Assembly: GCF_055900595.2 (NCBI RefSeq)
Contig: NZ_CM148325.1
Length of the DNA: 64,000 nucleotides
Direction: 5' to 3' (one strand)
Part shown: positions 33,694 to 48,135 of the stretch, piece by piece
Layout of the letters: each line of letters begins with the position of its first letter
Position numbering within the stretch: position 1 is the first letter of the stretch
Translations under genes and position numbers: made by a program
The notes under the pieces: model-generated
Database searches by the model: none
What the model was told of the DNA's origin: nothing
The model's input: only the letters and a program-made list of their open reading frames with translations

Positions 33694-35355
33694 TTACGCC
33701 GCAAGCAGTTCTTTCGCATTCGCCAGTGTGTTACGTGTGACTTCACTGCCACCAAGCAGGCGCGCCAGCTCTTGTAACCGCGCTTTTTTGTCCAGCGACT
33801 CCATATGCGTTTCTGTCATCGCACCATCGGTTTCTTTGCTGACAAAATAGTGTTGATGACCACATCCCGCGACTTGTGGCAGGTGGGTAACACACATCAC
33901 CTGAGTTGATTCGCCGAGTTGACGCAGCAGTTTGCCGACAACTGCCGCTGTTGGACCGCTAATCCCTACATCCACTTCATCAAAAATCAGTGCCGGGGTT
34001 TCCATTTTACGCGCTGTGATGACCTGAATTGCCAATGCGATGCGGGACAATTCACCACCAGATGCGACTTTGGCAATAGGCTGCATTGGCTGACCTGGGT
34101 TGGTGGTTACCCGAAACTCAATACGATCAGCGCCGTCAGCGCCCAGGTGATGCTCGTCAAATTTAACATCAATCGTAAACTGCCCATGCGGCATAGAGAG
34201 TGCATGCATACTGTCGGTGATCAGCTGTGCCAACTCATTTGCATAATGCTGGCGTTGCTGGTGTAACGCGCGCGCCGTTTCCAGTGCCTGCTGATGATGT
34301 TTCGTTACCGCCAGCGCGAGCGTTTCTTGTGAGTCGGCCTGATCGTCCAGTTGCTGCTGCTCTTCCAGTAGCGACTGGTAATACTGTGGCAATACCTCAG
34401 GGCTGACGTGATGTTTACGTGCCAGCGAAATCTGTTTTGAGATGCGCTGTTCAAGTTCAAACAGTCGGTTGGGATCGAGATCCAGACGATCGCAGTAGTG
34501 GCGCAGTTCGTCGCTGGCTTCAACAATCTGGATGGTAGCTTCTTCCAGCATATCAAGTACGCCGGACAGTTTGCTGTCCATGCCAATCAATTCGCTCACC
34601 AGTTGTTTAGCCGTGTAAAGCTGGCTTTGCAGGTTTGCGTCTTCGCCGTCGGCCATTAATGCCAATGCATTCTGGCTGGTGGTCAGTAATTGACCGCTGT
34701 TCGCCAGACGTTTGTACTCTTCGTCGATTTGCTCAAACTCTCCGGGCTGCGGATTAAATTCGTTAAGTTCTTTTAATTGGTATTGCAGCAGCTCCGCACG
34801 AGCGGCGCGTTCCTGACTTAACTGTTGATGATGAGCGAGGTCGCGGCAGCTTTGATGCCACAACTGATAACGTGCGGTCATTTCCTGAAGCAGAGAGGTT
34901 TCATTAGCATAGCCATCAAGCAGGAATTTTTGGTGCTCGGGTTTGGTGAGTAATTGATGGGCGTGCTGACCATGGATCTGAATGAGCAACTGGCCCAGTT
35001 CGCGCAGTTGTGACAGTGGAACAGCTGTACCGTTGATAAAACCACGAGAGCGACCATCGCTACTGATTACGCGACGAAGCAGGCATTCACGGCCATCTTC
35101 CAGTTGGTTTTCTTCCAGCCAGCGCAGTGCTGCGGGTGTATCTTTCAGAGAAAAACGGGCGCACAGATCTGCGCGAGCAGCTCCGGTACGCACCATGTCG
35201 GCTTCAGCGCGACCGCCGAGACAAAGGCCCAGGGCATCTATTGCAATAGATTTACCCGCGCCAGTCTCGCCGGTGATTACGGTCATGCCGCTGTGAAAAT
35301 CAATCTCAAGCTCACGAACGATAGCAAAGTTGCTGATGGTCAGTTGTGCCAACAT
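33694..35355 (-). CDS. recN: DNA repair protein RecN
   Basis: 553-aa SMC-like protein with N-terminal Walker A (GETGAGKS) and a long coiled coil. Confidence 0.9.
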   Translation of the reverse strand: MLAQLTISNFAIVRELEIDFHSGMTVITGETGAGKSIAIDALGLCLGGRAEADMVRTGAARADLCARFSLKDTPAALRWLEENQLEDGRECLLRRVISSDGRSRGFINGTAVPLSQLRELGQLLIQIHGQHAHQLLTKPEHQKFLLDGYANETSLLQEMTARYQLWHQSCRDLAHHQQLSQERAARAELLQYQLKELNEFNPQPGEFEQIDEEYKRLANSGQLLTTSQNALALMADGEDANLQSQLYTAKQLVSELIGMDSKLSGVLDMLEEATIQIVEASDELRHYCDRLDLDPNRLFELEQRISKQISLARKHHVSPEVLPQYYQSLLEEQQQLDDQADSQETLALAVTKHHQQALETARALHQQRQHYANELAQLITDSMHALSMPHGQFTIDVKFDEHHLGADGADRIEFRVTTNPGQPMQPIAKVASGGELSRIALAIQVITARKMETPALIFDEVDVGISGPTAAVVGKLLRQLGESTQVMCVTHLPQVAGCGHQHYFVSKETDGAMTETHMESLDKKARLQELARLLGGSEVTRNTLANAKELLAA

Positions 35356-35381
35356 AGTTGTTTTCCTGTATGAAAAACCAT

Positions 35382-35423
35382 TACTGTTATTGTGTACAGT
35401 ATAAACTGGTTTTATATACAGTA
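35382..35423. promoter_or_regulatory. Two tandem LexA (SOS) boxes in the recN promoter
   Basis: TACTGTTATTGTGTACAGTA and AACTGGTTTTATATACAGTA (CTG-N10-CAG cores) just upstream of the recN start. Confidence 0.8.
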
Positions 35424-35440
35424 AAGAGGCTGGCGTAAAA

Positions 35441-37036
<1,596 letters not shown>

Positions 37037-37090
37037 TTTCTGCTTTCGTAATAAATCACGGCCCAGCATGCGAATGCCGGGCCGTTTTCG

Positions 37091-38353
37091 TTACTCCGCC
37101 ACACTCTCACGCAGCGGTTTCACAGGAAAAACTTTTACCTGCTTAATCATATTGTCCTGTACATCGAGAATATCGATATCGTACTCGCCAATACGCACGC
37201 GAGTTCCTGCGACAGGAATTTCTTCCAGTACTTCAAGAATGACGCCATTAACCGTGCGGGCATCATCTTCCGGTAGATGCCAGTTAAAGGCTTTGTTGAT
37301 TTCCCGCACGTTGGCAGTGCCATCGATAATCACCGAACCGTCGTTTTGCGGCGTGACCTCTTCGGCGAGCGTTGGCGACATCGACGTGGTGAAATCACCA
37401 ACAATCTCTTCGAGAATATCTTCGACCGTCACCAGCCCCTGAATGTCTCCATACTCGTTGACGACCAGGCCGACTTTCTTTTTGTTACGCTGAAACTTCA
37501 CCAACTGTGTGCTGAGCGGCGTACCCTCCGGGACAAAATAGATCTCGTCCGCGGCGCGTAGCATGGTTTCTTTGGTGAACTCTTTTTTCTCCGACATGAG
37601 TCGCCAGGCTTCACGCACACGCAGCATACTGATGGCGTCGTCCAGCGAGTCACGGTAGAGCACGATGCGTCCGTGAGGTGAGTGGGAGAGTTGGCGGAGA
37701 ATCGATTTCCAGTCATCGTTGATATCAATACCGATAATTTCACTACGTGGCACCATGATGTCATCGACGGTCATTTTTTCCAGATCGAGTACCGACAACA
37801 GCATATCCTGATTGCGACGGGAAATTTGTGACCGCGATTCGTGCACAATGGTGCGTAATTCTTCTTTGCTTAAAGAGCCACTGACCACGATATCGGTTTT
37901 GATGCCCATCATGCGCATTAACATGCGGGTAATAGCGTTTAGCAACCAGACCAGCGGCATCATCAAAATTTGCAGCGGTGCCAGCAGAAAACTACTTGGA
38001 TAGGCGACTTTTTCCGGGTACAGCGCGGCAATGGTTTTCGGCAATACTTCAGCAAAAACCAGTACGACAAAAGTAAGCACACCAGTCGCAATTGCCACGC
38101 CCGCATCCCCGTACAAACGCATCCCCACAATAGTGCCGAGCGCGGAGGCAAGAATATTGACCAGGTTATTGCCGATTAACACCAGGCTTATCAGGCGGTC
38201 TGGCTTACGCAGCAATTTTTCGACACGTTTGGCCGAGCGATTACCCTGTTTCGCCATATGCCGCAGACGATAGCGGTTGAGGGTCATCATTCCGGTTTCG
38301 GACCCGGAAAAATAGGCTGAAATGACCACCATGATGATCAGAATAATGATCAA
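37091..38353 (-). CDS. yfjD: CNNM/CorC-family membrane protein YfjD (DUF21 + CBS pair + CorC_HlyC)
   Basis: 420-aa ORF with N-terminal TM domain and CBS/CorC-type C-terminus. Confidence 0.8.
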   Translation of the reverse strand: MIIILIIMVVISAYFSGSETGMMTLNRYRLRHMAKQGNRSAKRVEKLLRKPDRLISLVLIGNNLVNILASALGTIVGMRLYGDAGVAIATGVLTFVVLVFAEVLPKTIAALYPEKVAYPSSFLLAPLQILMMPLVWLLNAITRMLMRMMGIKTDIVVSGSLSKEELRTIVHESRSQISRRNQDMLLSVLDLEKMTVDDIMVPRSEIIGIDINDDWKSILRQLSHSPHGRIVLYRDSLDDAISMLRVREAWRLMSEKKEFTKETMLRAADEIYFVPEGTPLSTQLVKFQRNKKKVGLVVNEYGDIQGLVTVEDILEEIVGDFTTSMSPTLAEEVTPQNDGSVIIDGTANVREINKAFNWHLPEDDARTVNGVILEVLEEIPVAGTRVRIGEYDIDILDVQDNMIKQVKVFPVKPLRESVAE

Positions 38354-38397
38354 CGTGGTAGTAGATATGTGTTCCAGGGGAAACTCCTTTTCTGGGG

Positions 38398-39189
38398 TTA
38401 GCTGATTAACTGCTGGACAATTCGGCTACCGAAGTAGGCCAGTGTCAGAATGACCGCTCCCGCAACGTTAAACCAGACGACGCGGCGTCCACGCCATCCT
38501 TCATGATAATGTCCCCACAGCAGCACAATATAGACAAACCACGCCACGATAGAGAGCACGGCCTTGTCGATATTTTCCATGCTAAATAAGTTGTGCATGT
38601 AGAAGAGACCAGTGCAAAGAGTGAGCGTTAACAGCACCACGCCAATCTGCGTGATGTGGAACATTTTACGCTCGATACTCATCAACGGCGGCATTTCTTG
38701 GTTAAACGCCAGCTTCTTGTTCTTCAGTTGGTAATCAATCCACGCCAGTTGTAATGCATACAGAGCGGCGATAATCAGCGTGGCATAGGAAAAGAGCGAT
38801 AAGCCAATGTGAACCAGCATCCCAGGCGTTGCTTCCAGATGGGTGATGTATTCATTGGGCATAAAGGTGGCCAGCGCCAGGTTGATAAGCGCAAAGGCAT
38901 AGACAATGGGTAGCAGTAACCAGCCACGATTGCGGGAAGCCACGATGGTCATTACCGTACAGATCATCAAACTGACCAGCGAACCAACGTTCAGTAAGCT
39001 GAGGTTTTGTCCGCTATCACCGTCGGGCAAGATACGGGCTTCCAGAGCGATTGCGTGGCAGACCAGCGCGATGACCGCAGAAATAATAGCCATGCGCCGC
39101 CAGCCGCCGTTTTTTTGCAGCAGACCGGGAACAATCAGCGCAAGACTGACGGAGTAGGCGACAAGCGCGAGCAGAGCAAAAACGGGCAT
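38398..39189 (-). CDS. ypjD: Inner membrane protein YpjD (cytochrome c assembly-like)
   Basis: ORF 38398..39264; probable start at MPVFALLALVAYS; polytopic membrane protein divergent from ffh. Confidence 0.75.
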   Translation of the reverse strand: MPVFALLALVAYSVSLALIVPGLLQKNGGWRRMAIISAVIALVCHAIALEARILPDGDSGQNLSLLNVGSLVSLMICTVMTIVASRNRGWLLLPIVYAFALINLALATFMPNEYITHLEATPGMLVHIGLSLFSYATLIIAALYALQLAWIDYQLKNKKLAFNQEMPPLMSIERKMFHITQIGVVLLTLTLCTGLFYMHNLFSMENIDKAVLSIVAWFVYIVLLWGHYHEGWRGRRVVWFNVAGAVILTLAYFGSRIVQQLIS

Positions 39190-39355
39190 AGTAATGTCGA
39201 CAGTTTGAGCAATAAGAAAGAGAAGCAGTATAGCGTCAGGTGAACGCTGCTCCAACCGTTGCATAACAACAAAGACGCCTTCATGTTATACTGCGGCAAA
39301 ATACTGATGATGTGTCGCGATTGCGGCCAACCGTTTCCACCCCAGGCGAGAGACA

Positions 39356-40717
39356 ATGTTTGATAATTTAACCGATCGTTTGTCGCGCACGCTGCGCAAT
39401 ATCAGTGGCCGTGGACGCCTCACTGAAGACAACGTAAAAGATACGCTGCGCGAAGTGCGCATGGCGCTGCTGGAGGCGGACGTCGCCCTGCCGGTAGTGC
39501 GTGAGTTTATCAATCGCGTAAAAGAGAAAGCGGTTGGTCATGAAGTTAATAAGAGCCTGACGCCGGGGCAGGAGTTCGTCAAAATCGTCCGTAACGAACT
39601 GGTTGCGGCGATGGGCGAAGAGAACCAGACCCTGAATCTGGCTGCGCAACCGCCAGCGGTGGTACTGATGGCGGGCCTGCAAGGTGCCGGTAAAACAACC
39701 AGCGTGGGCAAGCTCGGTAAGTTCCTGCGTGAGAAGCACAAGAAAAAAGTGCTGGTGGTTTCTGCCGACGTTTATCGTCCGGCGGCAATCAAACAGCTGG
39801 AGACGCTGGCAGAGCAGGTGGGCGTTGATTTCTTCCCTTCTGATGTTGGTCAGAAGCCGGTTGATATCGTTAACGCGGCGCTGAAAGAAGCCAAACTGAA
39901 ATTCTACGACGTGCTGCTGGTGGATACCGCCGGTCGTCTGCACGTTGACGAAGCGATGATGGACGAGATCAAACAGGTCCATGCATCGATTAATCCGGTT
40001 GAAACCCTGTTTGTGGTTGATGCCATGACTGGTCAGGATGCGGCCAATACGGCAAAAGCATTCAATGAAGCGTTACCGCTGACCGGTGTGGTACTGACTA
40101 AAGTCGACGGCGATGCTCGTGGCGGTGCGGCGCTCTCGATTCGTCACATCACTGGCAAACCGATCAAATTCCTCGGTGTTGGCGAGAAAACCGAGGCGCT
40201 GGAGCCGTTCCATCCGGACCGCATCGCTTCCCGTATTCTCGGCATGGGCGACGTACTGTCGCTGATCGAAGATATCGAAAGCAAAGTTGACCGCGCGCAG
40301 GCAGAGAAATTAGCCAGCAAGCTGAAAAAAGGTGACGGCTTCGATCTCAACGATTTCCTTGAGCAACTGCGCCAGATGAAAAATATGGGCGGCATGGCTA
40401 GCCTGATGGGCAAACTGCCGGGCATGGGGCAGATCCCGGATAACGTCAAGTCGCAGATGGACGATAAAGTGCTGGTGCGTATGGAAGCCATCATCAACTC
40501 GATGACGATGAAAGAGCGCGCTAAGCCAGAAATCATCAAAGGTTCGCGTAAACGCCGTATCGCTGCCGGTTGCGGTATGCAGGTGCAGGACGTTAACCGT
40601 CTTCTGAAACAGTTCGACGACATGCAGCGCATGATGAAGAAAATGAAGAAGGGCGGGATGGCGAAGATGATGAGAAGTATGAAGGGGATGATGCCGCCGG
40701 GATTTCCTGGTCGCTAA
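39356..40717 (+). CDS. ffh: Signal recognition particle protein Ffh
   Basis: 453-aa ORF; SRP GTPase domain (GLQGAGKTT) and Met-rich C-terminal M-domain. Confidence 0.95.
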   Translation: MFDNLTDRLSRTLRNISGRGRLTEDNVKDTLREVRMALLEADVALPVVREFINRVKEKAVGHEVNKSLTPGQEFVKIVRNELVAAMGEENQTLNLAAQPPAVVLMAGLQGAGKTTSVGKLGKFLREKHKKKVLVVSADVYRPAAIKQLETLAEQVGVDFFPSDVGQKPVDIVNAALKEAKLKFYDVLLVDTAGRLHVDEAMMDEIKQVHASINPVETLFVVDAMTGQDAANTAKAFNEALPLTGVVLTKVDGDARGGAALSIRHITGKPIKFLGVGEKTEALEPFHPDRIASRILGMGDVLSLIEDIESKVDRAQAEKLASKLKKGDGFDLNDFLEQLRQMKNMGGMASLMGKLPGMGQIPDNVKSQMDDKVLVRMEAIINSMTMKERAKPEIIKGSRKRRIAAGCGMQVQDVNRLLKQFDDMQRMMKKMKKGGMAKMMRSMKGMMPPGFPGR

Positions 40718-40775
40718 ATGACCTTATGCGACAGAGTTATTAACTGCTGATTGCATTTTCTCCAGAAATCAGTAA

Positions 40776-41102
<327 letters not shown>

Positions 41103-41120
41103 TCTGTCACGGTGGTCATG

Positions 41121-41669
41121 ATGAGCAAACAACTCACCGCGCAAGCACCTGTTGATCCCATCGTTTTGGGAAAAATGGGTTCGTCTTACGGTATTCGTGG
41201 GTGGCTCAGAGTGTTTTCTTCCACCGAAGACGCCGAAAGCATTTTTGACTATCAGCCCTGGTTTATCCAGAAGGCGGGTCAGTGGCAGCAAGTCCAGCTG
41301 GAAAGCTGGAAGCACCACAATCAGGACATGATCATCAAGCTGAAAGGCGTTGACGATCGTGATGCGGCGAACCTGCTGACGAATTGTGAAATTGTCGTGG
41401 ATTCATCGCAGTTGCCTCAGCTTGAAGAGGGTGACTACTACTGGAAAGACCTGATGGGCTGCCAGGTAGTAACCACTGAAGGCTACGATCTCGGTAAAGT
41501 CGTCGATATGATGGAAACCGGATCTAATGACGTTCTCGTCATTAAGGCAAACCTGAAAGATGCGTTTGGTATCAAGGAACGTCTCGTACCGTTCCTCGAT
41601 GGGCAGGTTATCAAGAAAGTCGATCTCACTACTCGTTCAATCGAAGTAGATTGGGATCCTGGTTTTTAA
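41121..41669 (+). CDS. rimM: 16S rRNA processing protein RimM
   Basis: ORF 41112..41669; start at [10 protein letters not shown]; rpsP-rimM-trmD-rplS operon order. Confidence 0.9.
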
Positions 41670-41699
41670 ACCACCGGATAAACGGTAAAAGACGGCGCT

Positions 41700-42467
41700 A
41701 TGTGGATTGGCATAATTAGCCTGTTTCCTGAAATGTTCCGCGCAATTACCGATTACGGGGTAACTGGCCGGGCAGTTAAAAATGGCCTGCTGAGCATCCA
41801 GAGCTGGAGTCCTCGTGACTTCACGCATGACCGGCACCGTACCGTGGACGATCGTCCTTACGGCGGCGGACCGGGGATGTTAATGATGGTGCAACCTTTA
41901 CGGGACGCCATTCATGCAGCAAAAGCCGCGGCGGGTGAAGGCGCAAAGGTGATTTATCTGTCACCGCAGGGGCGCAAGCTTGATCAAGCAGGCGTCAGCG
42001 AACTGGCAACGAATCAAAAATTGATTCTGGTGTGCGGTCGCTACGAAGGTATAGATGAGCGCGTGATCCAAACCGAAATTGACGAAGAATGGTCAATCGG
42101 CGATTACGTTCTCAGTGGTGGTGAGTTACCAGCAATGACGCTGATTGACTCCGTTTCCCGGTTTATTCCGGGAGTACTGGGACATGAAGCCTCGGCAACG
42201 GAAGATTCCTTTGCTGAAGGATTGCTGGATTGCCCGCACTATACGCGGCCTGAGGTGTTAGAAGGGATGGAAGTTCCGCCAGTGTTACTGTCGGGCAACC
42301 ATGCCGAGATACGTCGCTGGCGTTTGAAACAGTCGCTGGGCCGTACCTGGCTTAGAAGACCTGAACTTCTGGAAAACCTGGCTCTGACTGAAGAGCAAGC
42401 AAGGTTGCTGGCGGAGTTCAAAACGGAACACGCACAACAGCAACATAAACATGATGGGATGGCGTAA
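41700..42467 (+). CDS. trmD: tRNA (guanine37-N1)-methyltransferase TrmD
   Basis: 255-aa SPOUT-family methyltransferase. Confidence 0.9.
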
Positions 42468-42505
42468 GCCCCCGAGATATCAGTTTACCCAGGATAAGAG
42501 ATTAA

Positions 42506-42856
<351 letters not shown>

Positions 42857-42886
42857 GATTTCGCTTAAGCGACATCCTGTTAAGAA

Positions 42887-42916
42887 GGGCTGGCCAATTG
42901 GCTGGCCCTTTTTTTA
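42887..42916 (+). terminator. Rho-independent terminator of the rpsP-rimM-trmD-rplS operon
   Basis: GGGCTGGCCAATTGGCTGGCCC hairpin followed by TTTTTTT. Confidence 0.8.
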
Positions 42917-42932
42917 TCTGTTTGCTCGTGTT

Positions 42933-43415
42933 TTAAGGGGTAGTAATCACTACTGCGACGCGGCGGTTCTCGGCGCGGCCCTGGGCGGTCTTGTTACTGG
43001 CTATGGGATATTTTTTTCCTAAACCCTGTGTGGTGAGGTTGCTGCGCGAAATTTGTCCACCTATAGCCCATGCATCGGCCACAACATTCGCCCGTTTCAA
43101 TGATAAGGCTTCGTTGTAACTGTCTTCACCATAGTTGTCGGTGTGTCCATCCATACGGGCATGCGTTAGCCCTGTCGAGGCCAATTTGGCTGCCATGGTT
43201 TGGATCTGTTGCTGGCTTTCCGGGAGCAATTTGTAGTCATTTTTTGCGAACAGAATGGCATCTGATAATCCCAGCGACCAGTCGCCGGCGGATTCAGTAA
43301 ATCCATAAGATTGCATAGCGGCAACTTGCTCAGGAGTAAACTTTCCCTGAGGGGACTGGCAGCCAGTCAGTACTAGCGAGGTGAAAATCAGGGGTGCTAC
43401 CAGGTGCTTTATCAT
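42933..43415 (-). CDS. yfiB: OmpA-domain outer membrane lipoprotein YfiB
   Basis: 160-aa ORF with lipobox LTGC and C-terminal OmpA-like peptidoglycan-binding motif. Confidence 0.85.
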   Translation of the reverse strand: MIKHLVAPLIFTSLVLTGCQSPQGKFTPEQVAAMQSYGFTESAGDWSLGLSDAILFAKNDYKLLPESQQQIQTMAAKLASTGLTHARMDGHTDNYGEDSYNEALSLKRANVVADAWAIGGQISRSNLTTQGLGKKYPIASNKTAQGRAENRRVAVVITTP

Positions 43416-43430
43416 ATCGATATATCCTTG

Positions 43431-44657
43431 TTATCTCACCAGCTTTTCGGCACGCTGGTGTTTGGCCTGATACATATTGTGATCGGCCAGCTCTTGTAAT
43501 TTTTCCGCAGAGGCATGCTCAATGGTCATCGCGTAACCAATGCTTAATGTCATGGTGGTCTGATGACCATTATGAAGATCAAACGGGCGATTAAAGATTT
43601 GTGTCAGTGCTGAGCATATCCGCTGCACTTCAGATTCCGACTGTACACCATAGAGCACCATCGCGAATTCATCGCCGCCTATGCGGTATGCTTTATGTTG
43701 CAGCCCGCCAAATTCTGCTAACCGTTTTGCTACCTCAATCAAGACCCGATCGCCCGTCGCATGACCCCAGGTATCGTTGATATATTTAAAATTATCGCCA
43801 TCAAGAAACAGTAACGCCGACGTTTTTCTGGCGTCGGAACTGCTCATCAACGTGTTGATGCCGCTACGAAACGCAGCCCGGTTCGCCAGCCCGGTTAATG
43901 GGTCATGTAGCGCGGTACGTAGCAGCTGCGCATTTTTAGCCTGTAAGCGAAGCTGCCACTCTTCCATTTCATCCAGCAGACTGTTGAAGTCGAGAGCGAA
44001 GCGGTGAAACTCAGCGATACGTTCTTCCGAAACTCGTCGGGAAAAATTGCGGTTGGAACGCACATCATGTACGACATCGGTGATATTTTTCAGCGCTTCC
44101 ACCAGGCCATTGTGCAAATGGCGGGTGAGGGTAATTGCGATGCCTGATGCCAGCAGAATACAACCGGTCAGGACAGCGAGCGAAAACCAGATAAAATGGC
44201 TGATTGAACTGTCGCGAGCGGTTAAGCGTACTTCGCCAATGGTTTCACCATTGTGACGAATCGGCTGAGTGATGGGGGCAGGGAAGAGCCAGTGGCTTAT
44301 GAAATTGCTGAAAGTATCGCCTGGATCCTTACGGGTGTAATGCCAGGATGCCAGAATATTTTGCTGCTTATCACGCACTTCTGCAGTTGAAAATTGCCCT
44401 TGCTTCCCCAGCGCTGCCAGTGTTTGAGTTGCTGCAGGGCCATCGGCAAAAACGACCGCTGCTTCCAGACTGTAAGTCATTGTTGCTGCTGTCAGTGCCA
44501 GGTTTTTTTGCGCGTACTGTTTCAGGGTCAGCACCGAGGTCACGGAAAGCAGCAACCAGATCAGCATCATAGTGATAAATATGCTGGTCATACTGATGTT
44601 GCGTAATGCTCTTTTAAACGTGGGGCGCTTATTAAGAGAATTATCGTTATCCATCAT
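43431..44657 (-). CDS. dgcN: Diguanylate cyclase DgcN/YfiN (TM-HAMP-GGDEF)
   Basis: 408-aa ORF with GGDEF active site (RIGGDEF). Confidence 0.9.
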   Translation of the reverse strand: MMDNDNSLNKRPTFKRALRNISMTSIFITMMLIWLLLSVTSVLTLKQYAQKNLALTAATMTYSLEAAVVFADGPAATQTLAALGKQGQFSTAEVRDKQQNILASWHYTRKDPGDTFSNFISHWLFPAPITQPIRHNGETIGEVRLTARDSSISHFIWFSLAVLTGCILLASGIAITLTRHLHNGLVEALKNITDVVHDVRSNRNFSRRVSEERIAEFHRFALDFNSLLDEMEEWQLRLQAKNAQLLRTALHDPLTGLANRAAFRSGINTLMSSSDARKTSALLFLDGDNFKYINDTWGHATGDRVLIEVAKRLAEFGGLQHKAYRIGGDEFAMVLYGVQSESEVQRICSALTQIFNRPFDLHNGHQTTMTLSIGYAMTIEHASAEKLQELADHNMYQAKHQRAEKLVR

Positions 44658-45165
44658 TTTTCTTCCGTGCGAGCATTAAGACATCTGGGTTCACCTTTAC
44701 ACCGCTACGCGATAAGGCATCCAGGTTTACGGCAAATCTGACGTCATTATTGTGGATGATCAGACAAAAGGCGCTGCCAATAATGCACTCGGCATTTTGT
44801 TCGGCAATTAATAATAACGCCTTTGACGGATATTGTTCGGTTAATTCCATCTGGAATGTTGGTGACTCGTTGCCAAAATAAAAACCATTGCAGCCTGATA
44901 TCATCGCCTCTTGTTGAGAGTGAATGATGACAGGCAGATAAGGCAAAGATGTCGCGCCATTCTCTTGTAGGGCGGTACTAAAACGTGAAGATGAAAAGAT
45001 ACATAACTTTGGTAGGCCTGATAGCGCAGGCCAGCGAGTGTAACTGACAATACCGGAAACCATCGTACGCACGTTTTTCGCAACGTCTGAAGGTTCCTGA
45101 GCGAGTATTGGTGCTCCCGTCAGGAGGAGAATCAGCAGTAAGAACAGACGATGAGAAAAACGCAT
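44647..45165 (-). CDS. yfiR: Periplasmic repressor of YfiN, YfiR
   Basis: 172-aa ORF with signal peptide, first gene of yfiRNB. Confidence 0.85.
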   Translation of the reverse strand: MRFSHRLFLLLILLLTGAPILAQEPSDVAKNVRTMVSGIVSYTRWPALSGLPKLCIFSSSRFSTALQENGATSLPYLPVIIHSQQEAMISGCNGFYFGNESPTFQMELTEQYPSKALLLIAEQNAECIIGSAFCLIIHNNDVRFAVNLDALSRSGVKVNPDVLMLARKKNDG

Positions 45166-45315
45166 TCAGGGATCCTCACCATCTTCGCTTGCAATGCATC
45201 GATAATTTTTCAGAATGCTCATTAAAATATCATTTTTTTATGCAGTCGTCATCAGAGTGGGAAATAAAAAATAATAAGTAAAATCTCATGTTTAATTTAT
45301 TGTTGGGGGGGTTAA

Positions 45316-45681
45316 TTAATTTAATCGTATTGTGCTGGCATTCTCATCAGCCCCTTTTTGCCATACTTCATGCAGTTGGCTGGCATTTTCAACATTGTTG
45401 CAGCTGGCAGGAAAGCTTTTACCGGAAAGTCCTCGGGCATAAGTAAAATCGGTCTGGCAAGTTTTCTTTTGTCCTTCGGCATATCCTTTAAGGTATAGAC
45501 CGCGATCCGCCTGTGAATCGCTAAATGCATCGTCATCTTTTATGGCGTTGCCCGATATCGCATCTTCCATACCAACATCATACCAGTCGGTGCTGGTCAA
45601 GGTTGGCGCGTGAGTATAAGGATCAATCTGACATCCGCTAACCAGTAAAGCCAACAAGGGGGCGATAAACTTTTTCATCAT
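45316..45681 (-). CDS. yfiL: Lipoprotein YfiL
   Basis: ORF 45316..45720; likely start MMKKFIAPLLALLVSGC (lipobox). Confidence 0.7.
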   Translation of the reverse strand: MMKKFIAPLLALLVSGCQIDPYTHAPTLTSTDWYDVGMEDAISGNAIKDDDAFSDSQADRGLYLKGYAEGQKKTCQTDFTYARGLSGKSFPASCNNVENASQLHEVWQKGADENASTIRLN

Positions 45682-45890
45682 TTCTTTCTCCTTTTTCAAA
45701 GCATAGCGGATTGTTTTCAAAGGAGGTGTAAATTTATTTATACATAAACAAGGGTTAAAAGCGCGAATAAATTGCCTGTGTAAAGAAAAATGTACGATAT
45801 ATGGATTGAAAACTTTACTTTATGTGTTATCGTTACGTCATCCTCGCTGAGGATCAACTATCGCAAACGAGCATAAACAGGATCGCCATC

Positions 45891-46961
45891 ATGCAAAAAG
45901 ACGCGCTGAATAACGTACATATTACCGACGAACAAGTTTTAATGACTCCGGAACAACTGAAGGCCGCTTTTCCATTAAGCCTGCAACAGGAAGCCCAGAT
46001 TGCTGACTCGCGTAAAACCATTTCAGATATTATCGCCGGGCGGGATCCTCGTCTGTTGGTAGTATGTGGTCCTTGTTCCATTCATGATCCGGAAACTGCT
46101 CTGGAATATGCTCGTCGATTTAAAGCCCTTGCCGCAGAGGTCAGCGATAGCCTCTATCTGGTAATGCGCGTCTATTTTGAAAAACCCCGTACCACTGTCG
46201 GCTGGAAAGGGTTAATTAACGATCCCCATATGGATGGCTCTTTTGATGTAGAAGCCGGGCTGCAGATCGCGCGTAAATTGCTGCTTGAGCTGGTGAATAT
46301 GGGACTGCCACTGGCGACGGAAGCGTTAGATCCAAATAGCCCGCAATACCTGGGCGATCTGTTTAGCTGGTCAGCAATTGGTGCTCGTACAACGGAATCG
46401 CAAACACACCGTGAAATGGCCTCCGGGCTTTCCATGCCGGTTGGTTTTAAAAACGGCACCGACGGCAGCCTTGCAACGGCTATTAACGCTATGCGCGCCG
46501 CCGCCCAGCCGCACCGTTTTGTTGGCATTAACCAGGCAGGGCAGGTTGCGTTGCTACAAACTCAGGGGAATCCGGACGGGCATGTGATCCTGCGCGGTGG
46601 TAAAGCGCCAAACTATAGCCCTGCGGATGTTGCGCAATGTGAAAAAGAGATGGAACAGGCGGGACTGCGCCCGTCTCTGATGGTAGATTGCAGCCACGGT
46701 AATTCCAATAAAGATTATCGCCGTCAGCCTGCGGTGGCAGAATCCGTGGTTGCTCAAATCAAAGATGGCAATCGCTCAATTATTGGTCTGATGATCGAAA
46801 GTAATATCCACGAGGGCAATCAGTCTTCCGAGCAACCGCGCAGTGAAATGAAATACGGTGTATCCGTAACCGATGCCTGCATTAGTTGGGAAATGACCGA
46901 TGCCTTGCTGCGTGAAATTCATCAGGATCTGAACGGGCAGCTGACGGCTCGCGTGGCTTAA
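45891..46961 (+). CDS. aroF: Tyr-sensitive DAHP synthase AroF
   Basis: ORF 45822..46961; start at [15 protein letters not shown] gives 356 aa. Confidence 0.9.
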   Translation: MQKDALNNVHITDEQVLMTPEQLKAAFPLSLQQEAQIADSRKTISDIIAGRDPRLLVVCGPCSIHDPETALEYARRFKALAAEVSDSLYLVMRVYFEKPRTTVGWKGLINDPHMDGSFDVEAGLQIARKLLLELVNMGLPLATEALDPNSPQYLGDLFSWSAIGARTTESQTHREMASGLSMPVGFKNGTDGSLATAINAMRAAAQPHRFVGINQAGQVALLQTQGNPDGHVILRGGKAPNYSPADVAQCEKEMEQAGLRPSLMVDCSHGNSNKDYRRQPAVAESVVAQIKDGNRSIIGLMIESNIHEGNQSSEQPRSEMKYGVSVTDACISWEMTDALLREIHQDLNGQLTARVA

Positions 46962-46971
46962 GAGGTTTATT

Positions 46972-48093
46972 ATGGTTGCTGAATTGACCGCATTACGCGA
47001 TCAAATTGATGAAGTCGATAAAGCGCTACTGAATTTATTAGCGAAGCGTCTGGAACTGGTTGCTGAAGTTGGCGAGGTGAAAAGCCGCTTTGGACTGCCT
47101 ATTTATGTTCCGGAGCGCGAGGCATCTATGCTGGCCTCGCGGCGTGCAGAGGCGGAAGCTCTGGGTGTACCGCCAGATCTGATTGAGGATGTTTTGCGTC
47201 GGGTGATGCGTGAATCTTACTCCAGTGAAAACGACAAAGGATTTAAAACGCTTTGTCCGTCTCTGCGTCCGGTGGTTATCGTCGGTGGTGGCGGTCAGAT
47301 GGGACGTCTGTTCGAGAAGATGCTGACGCTCTCGGGTTATCAGGTGCGGATTCTGGAGCAACATGACTGGGATCGAGCGGCTGATATTGTTGCCGATGCC
47401 GGAATGGTGATTGTTAGTGTGCCCATTCACGTTACTGAACAAGTTATTGGCAAATTACCGCCTTTACCGAAAGATTGTATTCTGGTCGATCTGGCATCGG
47501 TGAAAAATGGACCATTACAGGCCATGCTGGCGGCGCATGATGGTCCGGTGCTGGGGTTACACCCGATGTTCGGCCCGGACAGCGGTAGCCTGGCAAAGCA
47601 AGTTGTGGTCTGGTGTGATGGACGTAAGCCGGAAGCATACCAATGGTTTCTGGAGCAAATTCAGGTCTGGGGCGCTCGGCTGCATCGTATTAGCGCTGTC
47701 GAGCACGATCAGAATATGGCGTTTATTCAGGCACTGCGCCACTTTGCTACTTTTGCTTATGGGCTGCACCTGGCAGAAGAAAATGTTCAGCTTGAGCAAC
47801 TTCTGGCGCTTTCTTCGCCGATTTACCGCCTTGAGCTGGCGATGGTTGGGCGACTGTTTGCCCAGGATCCGCAACTGTATGCCGACATTATTATGTCGTC
47901 AGAGCGTAATCTGGCGTTAATCAAACGTTACTATAAGCGTTTCGGCGAGGCGATTGAGTTGCTGGAGCAGGGCGATAAGCAGGCGTTTATTGACAGTTTC
48001 CGCAAGGTGGAGCACTGGTTCGGCGATTACGCACAGCGTTTTCAGAGTGAAAGCCGCGTGTTATTGCGTCAGGCGAATGACAGTCGCCAGTAA
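46972..48093 (+). CDS. tyrA: Bifunctional chorismate mutase / prephenate dehydrogenase TyrA
   Basis: 373-aa ORF downstream of aroF. Confidence 0.9.
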   Translation: MVAELTALRDQIDEVDKALLNLLAKRLELVAEVGEVKSRFGLPIYVPEREASMLASRRAEAEALGVPPDLIEDVLRRVMRESYSSENDKGFKTLCPSLRPVVIVGGGGQMGRLFEKMLTLSGYQVRILEQHDWDRAADIVADAGMVIVSVPIHVTEQVIGKLPPLPKDCILVDLASVKNGPLQAMLAAHDGPVLGLHPMFGPDSGSLAKQVVVWCDGRKPEAYQWFLEQIQVWGARLHRISAVEHDQNMAFIQALRHFATFAYGLHLAEENVQLEQLLALSSPIYRLELAMVGRLFAQDPQLYADIIMSSERNLALIKRYYKRFGEAIELLEQGDKQAFIDSFRKVEHWFGDYAQRFQSESRVLLRQANDSRQ

Positions 48094-48100
48094 TAATCCA

Positions 48101-48128
48101 GTGCCGGGTGGCGTGTTTCACCCGGCAC
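48101..48128. terminator. Shared palindromic terminator between convergent tyrA and pheA
   Basis: Perfect 10-bp inverted repeat GTGCCGGGTG ... CACCCGGCAC between the two stop codons. Confidence 0.6.
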
Positions 48129-48135
48129 GATTTCA

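Noticed and set aside
45735-45890. Possible TyrR boxes upstream of aroF (TGTAAAGAAAAATGTACG-like).
   Set aside because: aroF is known to be TyrR-regulated, but the candidates I could read do not form a clean TGTAAA-N6-TTTACA palindrome, so I cannot place the boxes with confidence.
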